Below, one piece after another: positions 52,995 to 62,836 of a stretch of DNA of 64,000 nucleotides. Source of the stretch: an uncultured bacterium (GTDB lineage: Bacteria > Verrucomicrobiota > Lentisphaeria > Victivallales > UBA1829). The DNA is taken from NCBI GenBank assembly GCA_900548385.1, contig URKJ01000002.1:36212-100211 (forward strand). The letters run 5' to 3'. Made by a program: the position numbers and the translations under genes. Under the pieces are notes generated by a model, which was not told the DNA's origin, searched no databases, and saw only the letters and a program-made list of their open reading frames with translations. How positions within the stretch are numbered: the first letter of the stretch is position 1; every line of letters begins with the position of its first letter.

Positions 52995-53813
52995 TCACGA
53001 TTCTGAAAGAACTGTTCGTGAATGGTAAAACACTCCGTCTGCATATTCAATCACGGAATAAGCTCCGTGACGGGTCAGGGAGCCGCATGACGTTTCACCG
53101 CGGCCCGTTGCATCCAAATCAAAATACGGAGCATGGATATGACCGCATAGAACGAGGTCCAGCCGTCCGGCATTCAGCAGAGCCGCCGCCTCACCGGCAC
53201 CGAACAACCGATGACGGAAACCGTTCACCAATCCCTTGCGGATCCGCCGGAACGGGAAATGGCACACCGCCACCAACGGGCTAGTCTTCTCCGAACACTC
53301 CGAACGGATCAAGTTCCGCGCCGTTTCGTCAAGAAAACCGCATGACAGCACCGGATTCGTCGGACGCGCCGCATTGAACACCAGAAAACGGAGCGGACCG
53401 AAATTCCGCGCATACGGATAAGAACCGGGGGACTGCAATCCGTTTGTCACTTCCCCGATGAATGCATAGTATGCTTCCCGGCAGGTCCGGCTGCGCACAT
53501 AGGCATCATGATTGCCCGGACTGAATATCAACGGTATTCCGGAATCGGTCAGCGGCTTCAGATCGGCAAGCGCCAACTGGAATTCGGAGGGCTGGCCGCA
53601 AGTCACCGCGTCGCCGGAAAATACGATCAAATCGGGCGCATCGGCAAGAATCCGTTCCACGGCAAGGCGGATATACTCGCGGCGGTGCAACTTCCGCCGC
53701 GACAGAATGGAATTCATCGCGCCGACGATCCGTTTGTCAAAAAAACCACCCGACATCCGCATCGGAAGCGCTTCGTGAATATCGGAAAAATGGACGATCC
53801 GGAACGGTCTCAT
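52995..53813 (-). CDS. Metallophosphoesterase (calcineurin-like)
   Basis: Start at the internal Met overlapping the upstream stop (ATGA). MRPFRIVHFSDIHE, FSGDAV, SPGNHD, VCHFP, LCGHIHAPY. Confidence 0.8.
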   Translation of the reverse strand: MRPFRIVHFSDIHEALPMRMSGGFFDKRIVGAMNSILSRRKLHRREYIRLAVERILADAPDLIVFSGDAVTCGQPSEFQLALADLKPLTDSGIPLIFSPGNHDAYVRSRTCREAYYAFIGEVTNGLQSPGSYPYARNFGPLRFLVFNAARPTNPVLSCGFLDETARNLIRSECSEKTSPLVAVCHFPFRRIRKGLVNGFRHRLFGAGEAAALLNAGRLDLVLCGHIHAPYFDLDATGRGETSCGSLTRHGAYSVIEYADGVFYHSRTVLSES

Positions 53814-54460
53814 TGTTCCGCCCGCAATGCCGTCAAAACGTCCAGCAGAATGTCGTGAAGCTGAGTCAAAGCACCTTCGTGCTCGTGACATTTCCGCTCA
53901 ACCACCGGAGAAAACGCGTGTAATTTGAACAGTTCGCCGATCAAGGCGTTGATGTCCGCAAGCAGACGTTTGCAGAGTGCGATTTTCAGCGGACGGGAAC
54001 GCGGGGCATCCTCCGGGTCAAGCGCCATATCAATGATGTCTCCCGACCGTGCCATGAGTTTTCCGTAAAGACAGAGAATACGCATCGTCGGAACCAGAAG
54101 TTCTTTCTCTCCGCTGACCGCATAAAATGCGCTCCAGTCGCGGGTCAGCTGGGCGGCTCCGCGGAAAACCGGAGCACAGGGCGCTTTTTTCCAGTTGGCG
54201 TCCTGCGGGGCATCCTCTTCGTCGTCCTCCCCGTCATCGTCCCGGTCATAAGGAACCGGGCCGAGCTTGCTCCAGTCTCCCCCTGCCGGGGCGAGATCGG
54301 AACGCTTGCGCATCCGGTTCATAATAACACCGTCTTCATCCGGAAGGTCGATATACTTCGGCAGATCGGCGGCGTAAGCGTTGACGCGCGCATCGTCCTT
54401 GCGCAGTTCAAGTTCCCAGTCGAACTCGTTCCACTTCTCTTTATCGGGATTCTGCGGCAT
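53810..54460 (-). CDS. Hypothetical protein with acidic central tract
   Basis: 216 aa. DRDDDGEDDEEDAPQD acidic stretch and a helical C-terminus. Embedded in the nadD-rsfS operon, and its start abuts the rsfS stop. Confidence 0.5.
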   Translation of the reverse strand: MPQNPDKEKWNEFDWELELRKDDARVNAYAADLPKYIDLPDEDGVIMNRMRKRSDLAPAGGDWSKLGPVPYDRDDDGEDDEEDAPQDANWKKAPCAPVFRGAAQLTRDWSAFYAVSGEKELLVPTMRILCLYGKLMARSGDIIDMALDPEDAPRSRPLKIALCKRLLADINALIGELFKLHAFSPVVERKCHEHEGALTQLHDILLDVLTALRAEQ

Positions 54461-54883
54461 TTACTGTCTCAATCTGGAAGCAACGATTTTAGCTTCGAGC
54501 TTCTTGATGGCTTCAATCTTCGGAGCGTCTTTCCAAAGGTCCTCCAGCTGATAAAGTTCGCGGGATTCCTTTGTGAACACATGCACCATGACATTTCCAA
54601 AGTCAAGGATCATCCAATGGCTTTCCGGCGAACCGTCGATTTCTCCGCGCAGGCCGTATTTGGTACGGACGTCGCGACGGATGCGCTCGGTGATCGCGCG
54701 CAGATGCGGATCGGAAGTTCCCGTGCAGATCAGAAACTGTTCCGCAACGGCGGAATGTTCGGACATATCCAGACGGATAATGTCGGTTGCCTTCCGGTCA
54801 TACGCGATTTCCGCGCAAACTTCGGCGAGTTCCGCCGCGTTCAGCTTCGGGAAGGATTTTTTTTCTTCCTGTTCAGTGCTCAT
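54461..54883 (-). CDS. rsfS: Ribosome silencing factor
   Basis: ATDIIRLDMSEHSAVAEQFLICTGTSDPHLRAI...WMILDFGNVMVHVFTKESRELYQLEDLW. Confidence 0.85.
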   Translation of the reverse strand: MSTEQEEKKSFPKLNAAELAEVCAEIAYDRKATDIIRLDMSEHSAVAEQFLICTGTSDPHLRAITERIRRDVRTKYGLRGEIDGSPESHWMILDFGNVMVHVFTKESRELYQLEDLWKDAPKIEAIKKLEAKIVASRLRQ

Positions 54884-55481
54884 ACAAGCTCCTTGTTTTT
54901 ATATATTCCATTACATTTCGGTCCAATACCTTGTCCGCGTTTCTGCCGGTGCGCAGCGCTTCACGGATCTCCGTTGAGGAAATATCATATACGGGGATGT
55001 CACGGATGATCCCCGCATAAAGCTTTCCCGCCCATTCCGGTCCCCAGTGCTCCAGCAGACTCTCCATGCTCACCTCAAAGCCGGGGCGCGGGTAAGTGAG
55101 CACATCGTATTCAAACACCAGTTCCCCGACGCGGAACCAACTGTAAAACTGTGCCAGGCTGTCCGAGCCGATCAGCAGAATAAACCGGTCATCCGGCGAC
55201 TGTGCGGAAAGTAAATGCAGCGTGTCGATCGTATAAGAGATTCCCCCCCGCTCGGATTCGACACCGGACACCGCAAAATGTTCCGTTCCTTCCGTCGCCA
55301 GCCGGAGCATCTCCATCCGGTCTTCAAACGGGACGATCGACGTATCCTGTTTATGCGGCGGGATCCATGCAGGCGCGAAGATCACCTCGTCGGCAAGCCC
55401 GCGTTCCAGAACGGCATGTGCCAACCGGGTGTGTCCAAGATGTGGCGGATTGAACGTTCCGCCATAAAATATTTTTCTCAT
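54873..55481 (-). CDS. nadD: Nicotinate-nucleotide adenylyltransferase
   Basis: MRKIFYGGTFNPPHLGHTRLA...ISSTEIR. Confidence 0.9.
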   Translation of the reverse strand: MRKIFYGGTFNPPHLGHTRLAHAVLERGLADEVIFAPAWIPPHKQDTSIVPFEDRMEMLRLATEGTEHFAVSGVESERGGISYTIDTLHLLSAQSPDDRFILLIGSDSLAQFYSWFRVGELVFEYDVLTYPRPGFEVSMESLLEHWGPEWAGKLYAGIIRDIPVYDISSTEIREALRTGRNADKVLDRNVMEYIKTRSLYEH

Positions 55482-55643
55482 GAACCTTGCAAATCCCTTT
55501 TCTTAAAATATACCGCAGTATTTTACTATGAAAACGGTGGTTTAACAAGTCAAAAGATAAAATTATTTTCAAAAATCTCTTGATATTCCGGAAAAACATA
55601 CTATTTTTCCCGGAAACCACAACAAAACCTCCGGGAGAACATT

Positions 55644-57005
55644 ATGCCGCAACAATTCTGTGATCTGCCGTCCGGTCCGCTGTTTTCTGCGGCGGCGGAA
55701 GTTGCTGCCGAACTGAAACGGCACGGCAAAAAGGCATTCCTGATCGGAGGATGCGTCCGGGACATGCTGCTCGGAGTCACTCCGCACGATATTGACATTG
55801 CCACGACCGCGCGCCCGGAAGAGATTCAGGCAATTTTTGAAAAGACCCACGCATTCGGAGCGTCGTTCGGCGTCGTCACGGTTCATTGGGACGGTTTCTG
55901 TTTCGAGACCGCGACCTTGCGGGAAGAACGCGATTATCTGGATGGACGCCGTCCCGAAACGGTTCTCTATACGGACGACGAAGTGAAAGACGTTATCCGG
56001 CGCGACTTCACGGTCAACGGACTGATCTGCGATCCGCAGACCGGAGAGCTGTTTGACCATGTCGGAGGGATTGCCGACCTCAAACGCGGGATTCTCCGCA
56101 CCATCGGCGATCCGGACCGGCGCTTTTCCGAAGACTATCTGCGTATTCTCCGCGCGGTCCGTTTCACCGCGCGCCTCGGCTTTGAACTCGACAGCGCGGC
56201 AAGGGACGCGGCAATGCGGCACGCGGAAAAGCTGCGTATTCTTTCCGCCGAACGAATTCGCGATGAACTCGAAAAAATACTGACGGGACCGCGCCCGTCC
56301 CTGGCATTCCGTCTGATGCTGGAACTCGGTATTCTGCAAGTGATCCTGCCGGAGATCGCCGCGCTGGATGGAGTGAAGCAACCGCCGAAATTTCATCCGG
56401 AAGGCGATGTATTCACCCACACCATGATTATGCTGGAACGCATGTGTCACCCGACACGGGAACTCGCGTGGAGCGTGTTGCTTCACGACGTCGGCAAACC
56501 TGCCGCCGCGGCGCCGGGCCCCGACGGGATCATCCATTTTTACGGACATGAGCATATCGGTTCCCAAATGGCGGAAAAGATCCTGACAAGGCTGAAATGT
56601 CCGTCCGCACTGATCCGGAATGTCGCGGCGGCGGTTGCAAACCACATGAAATTTGCCTCGGTAGACAAAATGAAACGTTCCACCTGGCTGAAAATGATCG
56701 CTGCGCCGACTTTCCCGACCGATATGGAACTGAACCGCGTGGACTGCGCGTCCTGCCACGGAAAAATGGAAGGCTATCTGCTGATGCTGGACCGCTGGCG
56801 GGAACTGGCGGACCGTCCCGCTCTTCCGCCGCTTCCCGTCAACGGCAGGGATCTGATCGCACTGGGGGTTCCGCCGGGCCCGCAGTTGGGCAGAATACTG
56901 CAAATTCTCAAGGAGGAATTCCTGGAAAACCGACTGAAAACGCGAGAAGAACTGCTTGTTTTCGCAGAGAATCGGATAAAAAGCAGAAAAAAACTTGCAA
57001 AATAA
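55644..57005 (+). CDS. cca: CCA-adding tRNA nucleotidyltransferase with HD domain
   Basis: AFLIGGCVRDMLLGVTPHDIDIATTARPEE, RDFTVNGL, and a later LLHDVGKP HD motif. Confidence 0.85.
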   Translation: MPQQFCDLPSGPLFSAAAEVAAELKRHGKKAFLIGGCVRDMLLGVTPHDIDIATTARPEEIQAIFEKTHAFGASFGVVTVHWDGFCFETATLREERDYLDGRRPETVLYTDDEVKDVIRRDFTVNGLICDPQTGELFDHVGGIADLKRGILRTIGDPDRRFSEDYLRILRAVRFTARLGFELDSAARDAAMRHAEKLRILSAERIRDELEKILTGPRPSLAFRLMLELGILQVILPEIAALDGVKQPPKFHPEGDVFTHTMIMLERMCHPTRELAWSVLLHDVGKPAAAAPGPDGIIHFYGHEHIGSQMAEKILTRLKCPSALIRNVAAAVANHMKFASVDKMKRSTWLKMIAAPTFPTDMELNRVDCASCHGKMEGYLLMLDRWRELADRPALPPLPVNGRDLIALGVPPGPQLGRILQILKEEFLENRLKTREELLVFAENRIKSRKKLAK

Positions 57006-57068
57006 AAATGCAATGTTATATTAATAAGCTCTGTAACGGAACTTATTTTATTTTTTAAGGAGAATAGC

Positions 57069-57377
57069 ATGTACGCAATCATCAGCACTGGTGGAAAACA
57101 GCTGAAAGTTACAAACGACGAAGTCGTGGCTGTCGAACGTCTTGCCGGAAATGCCGGCGACAAAGTAACATTTGACCAGGTCCTCGCCGTCGGCGAAGGC
57201 GCGAACGTGAACTTCGGCGCACCCACCGTTGCGGGCGCAAAAGTCGAAGCGGAAATCGTGGAGCACTTCCGCGGTCCGAAACTGATCGCGTTCAAAATGA
57301 AACGCCGCAAAGGCTATCGTCTGCGCAAAGGTCACAGACAGGAACTCACCAAAGTCAAAATCCTTTCCGTGGGGTAA
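57069..57377 (+). CDS. rplU: 50S ribosomal protein L21
   Basis: MYAIISTGGKQLKVTNDEVVAVERL...KGHRQELTKVKI. Confidence 0.95.
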   Translation: MYAIISTGGKQLKVTNDEVVAVERLAGNAGDKVTFDQVLAVGEGANVNFGAPTVAGAKVEAEIVEHFRGPKLIAFKMKRRKGYRLRKGHRQELTKVKILSVG

Positions 57378-57383
57378 TCTGTC

Positions 57384-58283
57384 ATGCGTTATGATGCGAA
57401 CGGAGCATTGTTGGAGACCGGGATTCCCGGTCTGAAACCGGTTCATCGCGGAAAAGTACGCGATATTTACGACATGGGAGACAGTCTTCTCTTTGTGGCG
57501 ACTGACCGCATCAGTGCATTCGATTGTGTTATGCCGAACGGTATTCCGGACAAGGGGCGTGTGCTTACCGCGATGTCCCTGTTCTGGTTTGACCTGTTCT
57601 CCTGGGCGCCCAATCATGTGCTCTGCTCCGACGCATCGGAATTTCCGGCGATTCTCAAACCTGTTGAAAAAGACCTCGCCGGACGTTCTATTCTCGTGAA
57701 AAAAGCCAAAACGATCCCGTTGGAGTGCATCGTCCGCGGCTATATCACCGGAAGCGGATGGAGTTCCTACAAAAAAGACGGCACCGTATGCGGGCAGAAA
57801 CTCCGTCCCGGCTACCGTCAGGCGGAAAAACTTGACGAAGCCATCTTCACCCCCTCCACGAAAGCGGATGAGGGACATGATGAAAATATCAGTTTCGACG
57901 AAGCATGCAAATTGGTCGGCGTCGAAAAAGCAACCCGTGTCAAGGAACTTGCGCTCCGTCTTTACAACGAGGCCGCCGCTCACGCGGAAAAATGCGGAAT
58001 CATTCTCGCCGATACAAAATTTGAATTCGGCGAATACAACGGCGAAGTCATCGTGATTGATGAAGTCCTTACGCCCGATTCCAGCAGATTCTGGCCGAAA
58101 GACCAGTACCGGATCGGCGGTTCGCCCGCAAGTCTCGACAAACAGTTTGTCCGGGATTATCTGGAAAGTCTCGACTGGGATAAAACCCCCCCGGCGCCGG
58201 CTCTTCCCGAAGAGATCGTCGTCAAGACGCGGGAAAAATATCTGGATGCGCTGAAAGCGCTTTCGGGGAAATCTCTTTCCTGA
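57384..58283 (+). CDS. purC: Phosphoribosylaminoimidazole-succinocarboxamide synthase
   Basis: GKVRDIYDMGDSLLFVATDRISAFDCVMPNGIPDKG...LADTKFEFG. Confidence 0.9.
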   Translation: MRYDANGALLETGIPGLKPVHRGKVRDIYDMGDSLLFVATDRISAFDCVMPNGIPDKGRVLTAMSLFWFDLFSWAPNHVLCSDASEFPAILKPVEKDLAGRSILVKKAKTIPLECIVRGYITGSGWSSYKKDGTVCGQKLRPGYRQAEKLDEAIFTPSTKADEGHDENISFDEACKLVGVEKATRVKELALRLYNEAAAHAEKCGIILADTKFEFGEYNGEVIVIDEVLTPDSSRFWPKDQYRIGGSPASLDKQFVRDYLESLDWDKTPPAPALPEEIVVKTREKYLDALKALSGKSLS

Positions 58284-58316
58284 TTGCTCCGCTCCGGTTT
58301 ACGGGAAATCTGCACG

Positions 58317-59459
58317 ATGAAACCTGAACAGTTACGGAACAGTGTCGGAGTCGTGTCTCCCAGGGATTTCACGTTTGAAGAGGGGCTGCGCCTTCAGTGC
58401 GGACAGCTCCTCGCCCCGATCAATCTCCGTTATGAAACTTACGGTCGGCTCTCGCCGGAATGCGACAATGCAATTCTGATCGAACACGCGCTTTCCGGTG
58501 ACGCGCATGTTGCGGGCTACTACTCCGAAACCGATGAAAAGCCCGGCTGGTGGGACACAATGGTCGGTCCCGGCAAAACATTCGACACCAACAAATACTT
58601 CATCGTCTGTTCCAACGTCATTGGCGGCTGTTCCGGCTCCACGGGCCCCAGTTCACAGAACCCGGCGACCGGTAAACAGTACGGAATGGATTTTCCCGTT
58701 CTCACGATTGCCGATATGGTCCACGCGCAGAAAAAACTGATGGATCATCTCGGAATCCGGAAATGGCTTTGTGTGGCGGGCGGTTCCATGGGCGGCATGC
58801 AAGTGCTCCGCTGGGCACTCCTTTATCCCGACTGTCTGGAAAGTGCGATTCCCATTGCAACCTCGTCCCGTATTTCCGCCCAGTCGATCGCGTTCAACTG
58901 GGTCGGCAGGGAAGCCATCATGAGCGATCCGGCATGGAACGACGGCAATTACGCCGATCAGCCGGACCGCGGACTTGCCATCGCCCGTATGCTTGCCCAT
59001 ATCACCTATCTGAGCGAAGAATCCATGCGCCGCAAATTCGGACGCAAACTGCAGTCCGCCAAAGATTATTCCTTTGATTTCGACAAAGATTTCAGCGTGG
59101 AAAGTTACCTGGAGCATCAGGGAATGCGGTTTGTGGACCGGTTCGACGCAAACTCCTATCTTTACATCACCCGCGCCATCGACTATTTCGATGTTGCGGA
59201 CAAAGTGGACGGCGATCTTGCGAAAGGTCTTGCCCCCATGACTTGTAAATGTCTGGTCGTCTCATTCTCCAGTGACTGGCTGTTCCCGCCCGAACAATCG
59301 CGGGAAATGGTGCGCGGAATGCTTAAAAACGGACTGGATGTCACCTACTGCAATATAAAATCCTCCTACGGACACGATGCATTCCTGCTGGAAGATGAAA
59401 CTCTCGGCACGCTGATCTCAAACTTCCTCGCCAACCTCAGACCGGAGGCTGCATCATGA
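58317..59459 (+). CDS. metX: Homoserine O-acetyltransferase
   Basis: LRYETYGRLSPECDNAILIEHALSGDAH...GWWDTMVGPGKTFDTNKYFIVCSNVIGGCSGSTGP...GGSMGGMQ. ATG at 58317 preferred over the TTG at 58284. Confidence 0.9.
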   Translation: MKPEQLRNSVGVVSPRDFTFEEGLRLQCGQLLAPINLRYETYGRLSPECDNAILIEHALSGDAHVAGYYSETDEKPGWWDTMVGPGKTFDTNKYFIVCSNVIGGCSGSTGPSSQNPATGKQYGMDFPVLTIADMVHAQKKLMDHLGIRKWLCVAGGSMGGMQVLRWALLYPDCLESAIPIATSSRISAQSIAFNWVGREAIMSDPAWNDGNYADQPDRGLAIARMLAHITYLSEESMRRKFGRKLQSAKDYSFDFDKDFSVESYLEHQGMRFVDRFDANSYLYITRAIDYFDVADKVDGDLAKGLAPMTCKCLVVSFSSDWLFPPEQSREMVRGMLKNGLDVTYCNIKSSYGHDAFLLEDETLGTLISNFLANLRPEAAS

Positions 59460-60082
59460 CCGACATCCGGATCAATCACGACACCATTCTTTCCCGCGAC
59501 GATCTGACGGCGATCGCGTCGATGATCCCCGCCGGGTCGCGAATTCTTGACCTCGGCTGCGGTTCCGGACGGCTTCTCAAAATTCTCTCCCAGCTCAAAG
59601 AAGCCAAGGTCATGGGCGTGGAATGCGATCAGGATAAAGTCATCGCCTGCGCCGGACGCGGAGTTCCCGTTATTCAGGCGGACCTCGATGACGGGCTCCC
59701 CGATTTTCCCGACCTCTGCTATGACTTCGTCATCCTCAGCCGAACCCTTCAGGCGGTGAAGCGTCCGGACCTGCTGCTGGATGAAATGTTCCGGGTCGGC
59801 AAAACGGGAATTGTCAGCTTCATCAATTTCGGTCATTGCTCCGCACGGCTCCAGCTTCTGTTCGGCGACATGCCGGAAACGAAAACCCTTCCATGGCGCT
59901 GGTTCGACACACCGAACATTCATCTTGCCACGATTGCGGATTTCCGGCGGCTGTGCCGGGAGAAGAATATCCGGATCCTGCGGGAAATCCCGCTCTCGAT
60001 GAAATCCGATCCATTGGCGTGGCTTGCCGATCTCTGGCCGAATTTTTTTGCATCGACCTGCGTTTTCATTCTGGAAAAATGA
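59456..60082 (+). CDS. metW: Methionine biosynthesis protein MetW
   Basis: SAM-MTase-like ILDLGCGSGRLL. 4-nt overlap with metX, the usual metXW arrangement. Confidence 0.85.
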   Translation: MTDIRINHDTILSRDDLTAIASMIPAGSRILDLGCGSGRLLKILSQLKEAKVMGVECDQDKVIACAGRGVPVIQADLDDGLPDFPDLCYDFVILSRTLQAVKRPDLLLDEMFRVGKTGIVSFINFGHCSARLQLLFGDMPETKTLPWRWFDTPNIHLATIADFRRLCREKNIRILREIPLSMKSDPLAWLADLWPNFFASTCVFILEK

Positions 60083-60456
60083 ACCGTGCACCGGCAATCA
60101 TCTATTCCGCGGTGACGCTGAGCGCAATAATCGGGCTCTGCACGCTTTATTTCATTCCGCCGGAAAGTCTCGGTTATGACGTCTGTTTTTCCCGGCGCGT
60201 CCTGAACCTTTCCTGCGCAGGCTGCGGAGCGACGCGCGCCACGCGGGCGCTGCTGCACGGAGATGTTGCCGGAGCGTTCCATCTGAACCCGTTTTATGTG
60301 CTGTTACTCCCCGTTCTTCTTTATGTCTGGTTCGTTGCCGGGCAGCATGCATTCGGTGCCCGGAAACCGCTGCCGGTCTTCGGTATGCGCGGAGTTGCGG
60401 CGATTCTTATCCTGATGATCCTTTTTACGATTCTGCGCAACATTCTGCACTGGTGA
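60079..60456 (+). CDS. DUF2752-like small membrane protein
   Basis: Start at the ATG overlapping the metW stop. CxxC (SCAGCGATRA) between hydrophobic helices. 125 aa. Confidence 0.6.
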   Translation: MNRAPAIIYSAVTLSAIIGLCTLYFIPPESLGYDVCFSRRVLNLSCAGCGATRATRALLHGDVAGAFHLNPFYVLLLPVLLYVWFVAGQHAFGARKPLPVFGMRGVAAILILMILFTILRNILHW

Positions 60457-60464
60457 TTTGTAAA

Positions 60465-60503
60465 TGAAAAACGCCTCCGGTCCGCAACAGAGGACCGGAG
60501 GCG
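60465..60503 (-). terminator. Intrinsic terminator (perfect 12-bp stem) between convergent genes
   Basis: CGCCTCCGGTCC-gcaacaga-GGACCGGAGGCG. The T-run is on the reverse strand (cgTTTTTca). Confidence 0.7.
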
Positions 60504-60522
60504 CAAAATAAAAACGGATGAA

Positions 60523-62577
60523 TTATTTCACTTTGGAATAATCATACGCGTCCGAACGGAACGGATAAGCGGGAAGCCCTTCCCCGTTCTGAAAATTGCA
60601 GTCCCCGCGATAACCCGCATAGGCATAGCGGACATACTTCGGCTCCTTGACTTTCGGGGAGCTGACGATCACATCCCTGCCGTCGATTTTTGCATCCGCC
60701 CAGACAAACTTTTTGTCTGCGCCGGCGATTGCAAAGGCTCCGGGCGCTTTACCGTCGGAAGTCTTGAGCCCGCTGTCGGCGTTGGTGAACTTGACCCGGA
60801 CCGCGCCGTTTTCCGGAACAGCGGATGCAAAGAGCGGTCCCCGGCTGACGATTTTTTTCCCGTAGGCGATCCGTTCCGCCTCAAGAGCCAGGCGTTTGCC
60901 GACATCCTGCTTGTTCGCCGGGTGGATATTCGCCGCTTCCCCGATGTCGATTGTACAGGCAAGTCCGACGTTCGGGATATTCAACATCTGCTGCTGAATG
61001 TCGCGGGTCAGAGCGTATCCGGAAACATTGGTCGCATCGGCGGTCTGCCAGCTGTTGGCGCGCCGTGGTTCAAATCCGGCAAGCTGAACGATCAGGAACG
61101 GCATTCCTGGATTGTTCCATCTTGCGCGCCAATCGGCGATCAGAGCCTTGTGGAGCGGATAATAATGCGGATTCCCGGCGTTGGAGCATCCCTGATACCA
61201 GATCACGCCGCGAACCGGAAGTTTCGTCCAGCTTGCGACCATGCCGTTGTAGAGATTCGACTGGAACTGGTGGTTCTTGTAAGGAATCGAAATAAAGCCC
61301 GGCACACGCTTCCCGGCGGTCTCTTTTGCCGTGCAGACGAATTCGTCTTTCTGCTTCCATCCCTTGTTCAGAGCCATCCGGTTTTTCCCGGAGAACAGAT
61401 TGCCGCGCTGGATCGTATTTGCCATGTGGCCGCGGCTGTCCCAGTAGAAATGTTCCGCACGGACGGCAAGAACGTTTGTTCCATCCTGATTGAGCTGATC
61501 CGGTTTCAGGGTGACGCGAACGCTTTTCCGGGATTCGGGATCATGCGCTTCCCAACCGGCAATGCGTTTACCGTTCAGATAAACATCCGCTTTTTCTCCG
61601 GTCTTATTCATCGCAAGGAGAACGTTCTTCCCTTTCATGTTTTCAGGAAGTTTGAATCCGGTCCGGTACCAGCGGGCATAATATTTCCCCTGATATTCCA
61701 CTTTGGCGGGCTTCCATGAAGTTTCATCCAGATCAACGGCCTCCCATCCCTGCGCATTGGCTTTCGCCCCGGCTCCGGCTTTTTCAAAAAGCGGATGCCA
61801 CGCGGCCATTGCGTCGGCAAACCGTTTCGTTTCTTTCGCCTCATACTGTTTCTTGGCGGCGTCATCCATCTTGAAGCGGTTGATCGTTTTCAGATCGCTT
61901 TCAATTCCTGCGGCGGTGTAGCCGCTGTCGGAGATCCAGGGTTCGATTCTGGTTCCGCCCCAGGAAGCGTTGATCAGCCCGACCGGAACGTCCAAATCCT
62001 GATTCAGCTTGCGGCCGAAGAAATAAGCGGTCGCACTGAAATAATGCGCGTTGGAAGGATCGCATTTGACCCATCCTTTCGCCTGGGAATACTGTGCGGG
62101 CAACGGCTTGTTGTGCGAAGAGACCAAACGCTGAAACGCGTACCGGATTTCCGGATGTTTCGCATCGGCGACCTCTTTTTCGCAGTTTTCCGCACTCCAG
62201 CCGCGCCGGAATACCTTGCCGATCGGCATCTGCATATTGGACTGTCCGGAGCAGAACCAGACTTCACCGATCAGGACATCGTTCAGTACGATGCTTTTAC
62301 TGCCGTCGGAGATCCGGACCGTGTAATTGGTCTTTCCGGCTTTCATGGCGGGAAATTCCGCTTTCCATTCCCCGTTGTCTCCGGCTTTTGCCGTGACACT
62401 CCTGCCGTTGAATTCGACTTTGACCGTCGCGCCTTTGTCCGCCGTACCGAAAAACGTAATCGGTCTTTCCTGCTGAAGCACCATGTTCGAGGAGAACACG
62501 GGGTCCATCTTGAGATCCGCAACCGCCCCGGCGGCAAACAGTACCGCCGCGGCGAATGCCGTTAAAATTTTTCCCAT
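60523..62577 (-). CDS. Secreted sialate O-acetylesterase-like SGNH carbohydrate esterase
   Basis: Start at MGKILTAFAAAVLFAAGAVA (signal peptide). GEVWFCSGQSNMQMP catalytic Ser block. Tandem esterase halves typical of 9-O-acetylesterase-type proteins. Confidence 0.7.
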   Translation of the reverse strand: MGKILTAFAAAVLFAAGAVADLKMDPVFSSNMVLQQERPITFFGTADKGATVKVEFNGRSVTAKAGDNGEWKAEFPAMKAGKTNYTVRISDGSKSIVLNDVLIGEVWFCSGQSNMQMPIGKVFRRGWSAENCEKEVADAKHPEIRYAFQRLVSSHNKPLPAQYSQAKGWVKCDPSNAHYFSATAYFFGRKLNQDLDVPVGLINASWGGTRIEPWISDSGYTAAGIESDLKTINRFKMDDAAKKQYEAKETKRFADAMAAWHPLFEKAGAGAKANAQGWEAVDLDETSWKPAKVEYQGKYYARWYRTGFKLPENMKGKNVLLAMNKTGEKADVYLNGKRIAGWEAHDPESRKSVRVTLKPDQLNQDGTNVLAVRAEHFYWDSRGHMANTIQRGNLFSGKNRMALNKGWKQKDEFVCTAKETAGKRVPGFISIPYKNHQFQSNLYNGMVASWTKLPVRGVIWYQGCSNAGNPHYYPLHKALIADWRARWNNPGMPFLIVQLAGFEPRRANSWQTADATNVSGYALTRDIQQQMLNIPNVGLACTIDIGEAANIHPANKQDVGKRLALEAERIAYGKKIVSRGPLFASAVPENGAVRVKFTNADSGLKTSDGKAPGAFAIAGADKKFVWADAKIDGRDVIVSSPKVKEPKYVRYAYAGYRGDCNFQNGEGLPAYPFRSDAYDYSKVK

Positions 62578-62836
62578 TTTTCTCAGCCTTTCCAATTTGT
62601 TATTGTTATTACGGAGAATATGCAAGTATAGCCGGGAAATGCAGTATTGTCAAACCGGAATCCGGATTTTATCGAAAAAATTGTACCGGAACAGATAATT
62701 TTCCGCACATCCGGAGAAATCAGCGGTCAAATGGCTGATATTTTCCCGATTTATTTTGTTTCCCGATTTGCAGAATTCCGGTTTCTGTGGTACATTTCCA
62801 ACTCAGAACGAACGTTTCAAATCAGGAGGCAGAACC

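Noticed and set aside
57069-58283. rplU is followed directly by purC rather than by rpmA (L27).
   Set aside because: This is unusual relative to the common rplU-rpmA operon, but it is a simple gene-order difference. Both genes look intact and nothing else in the sequence suggests a functional consequence.
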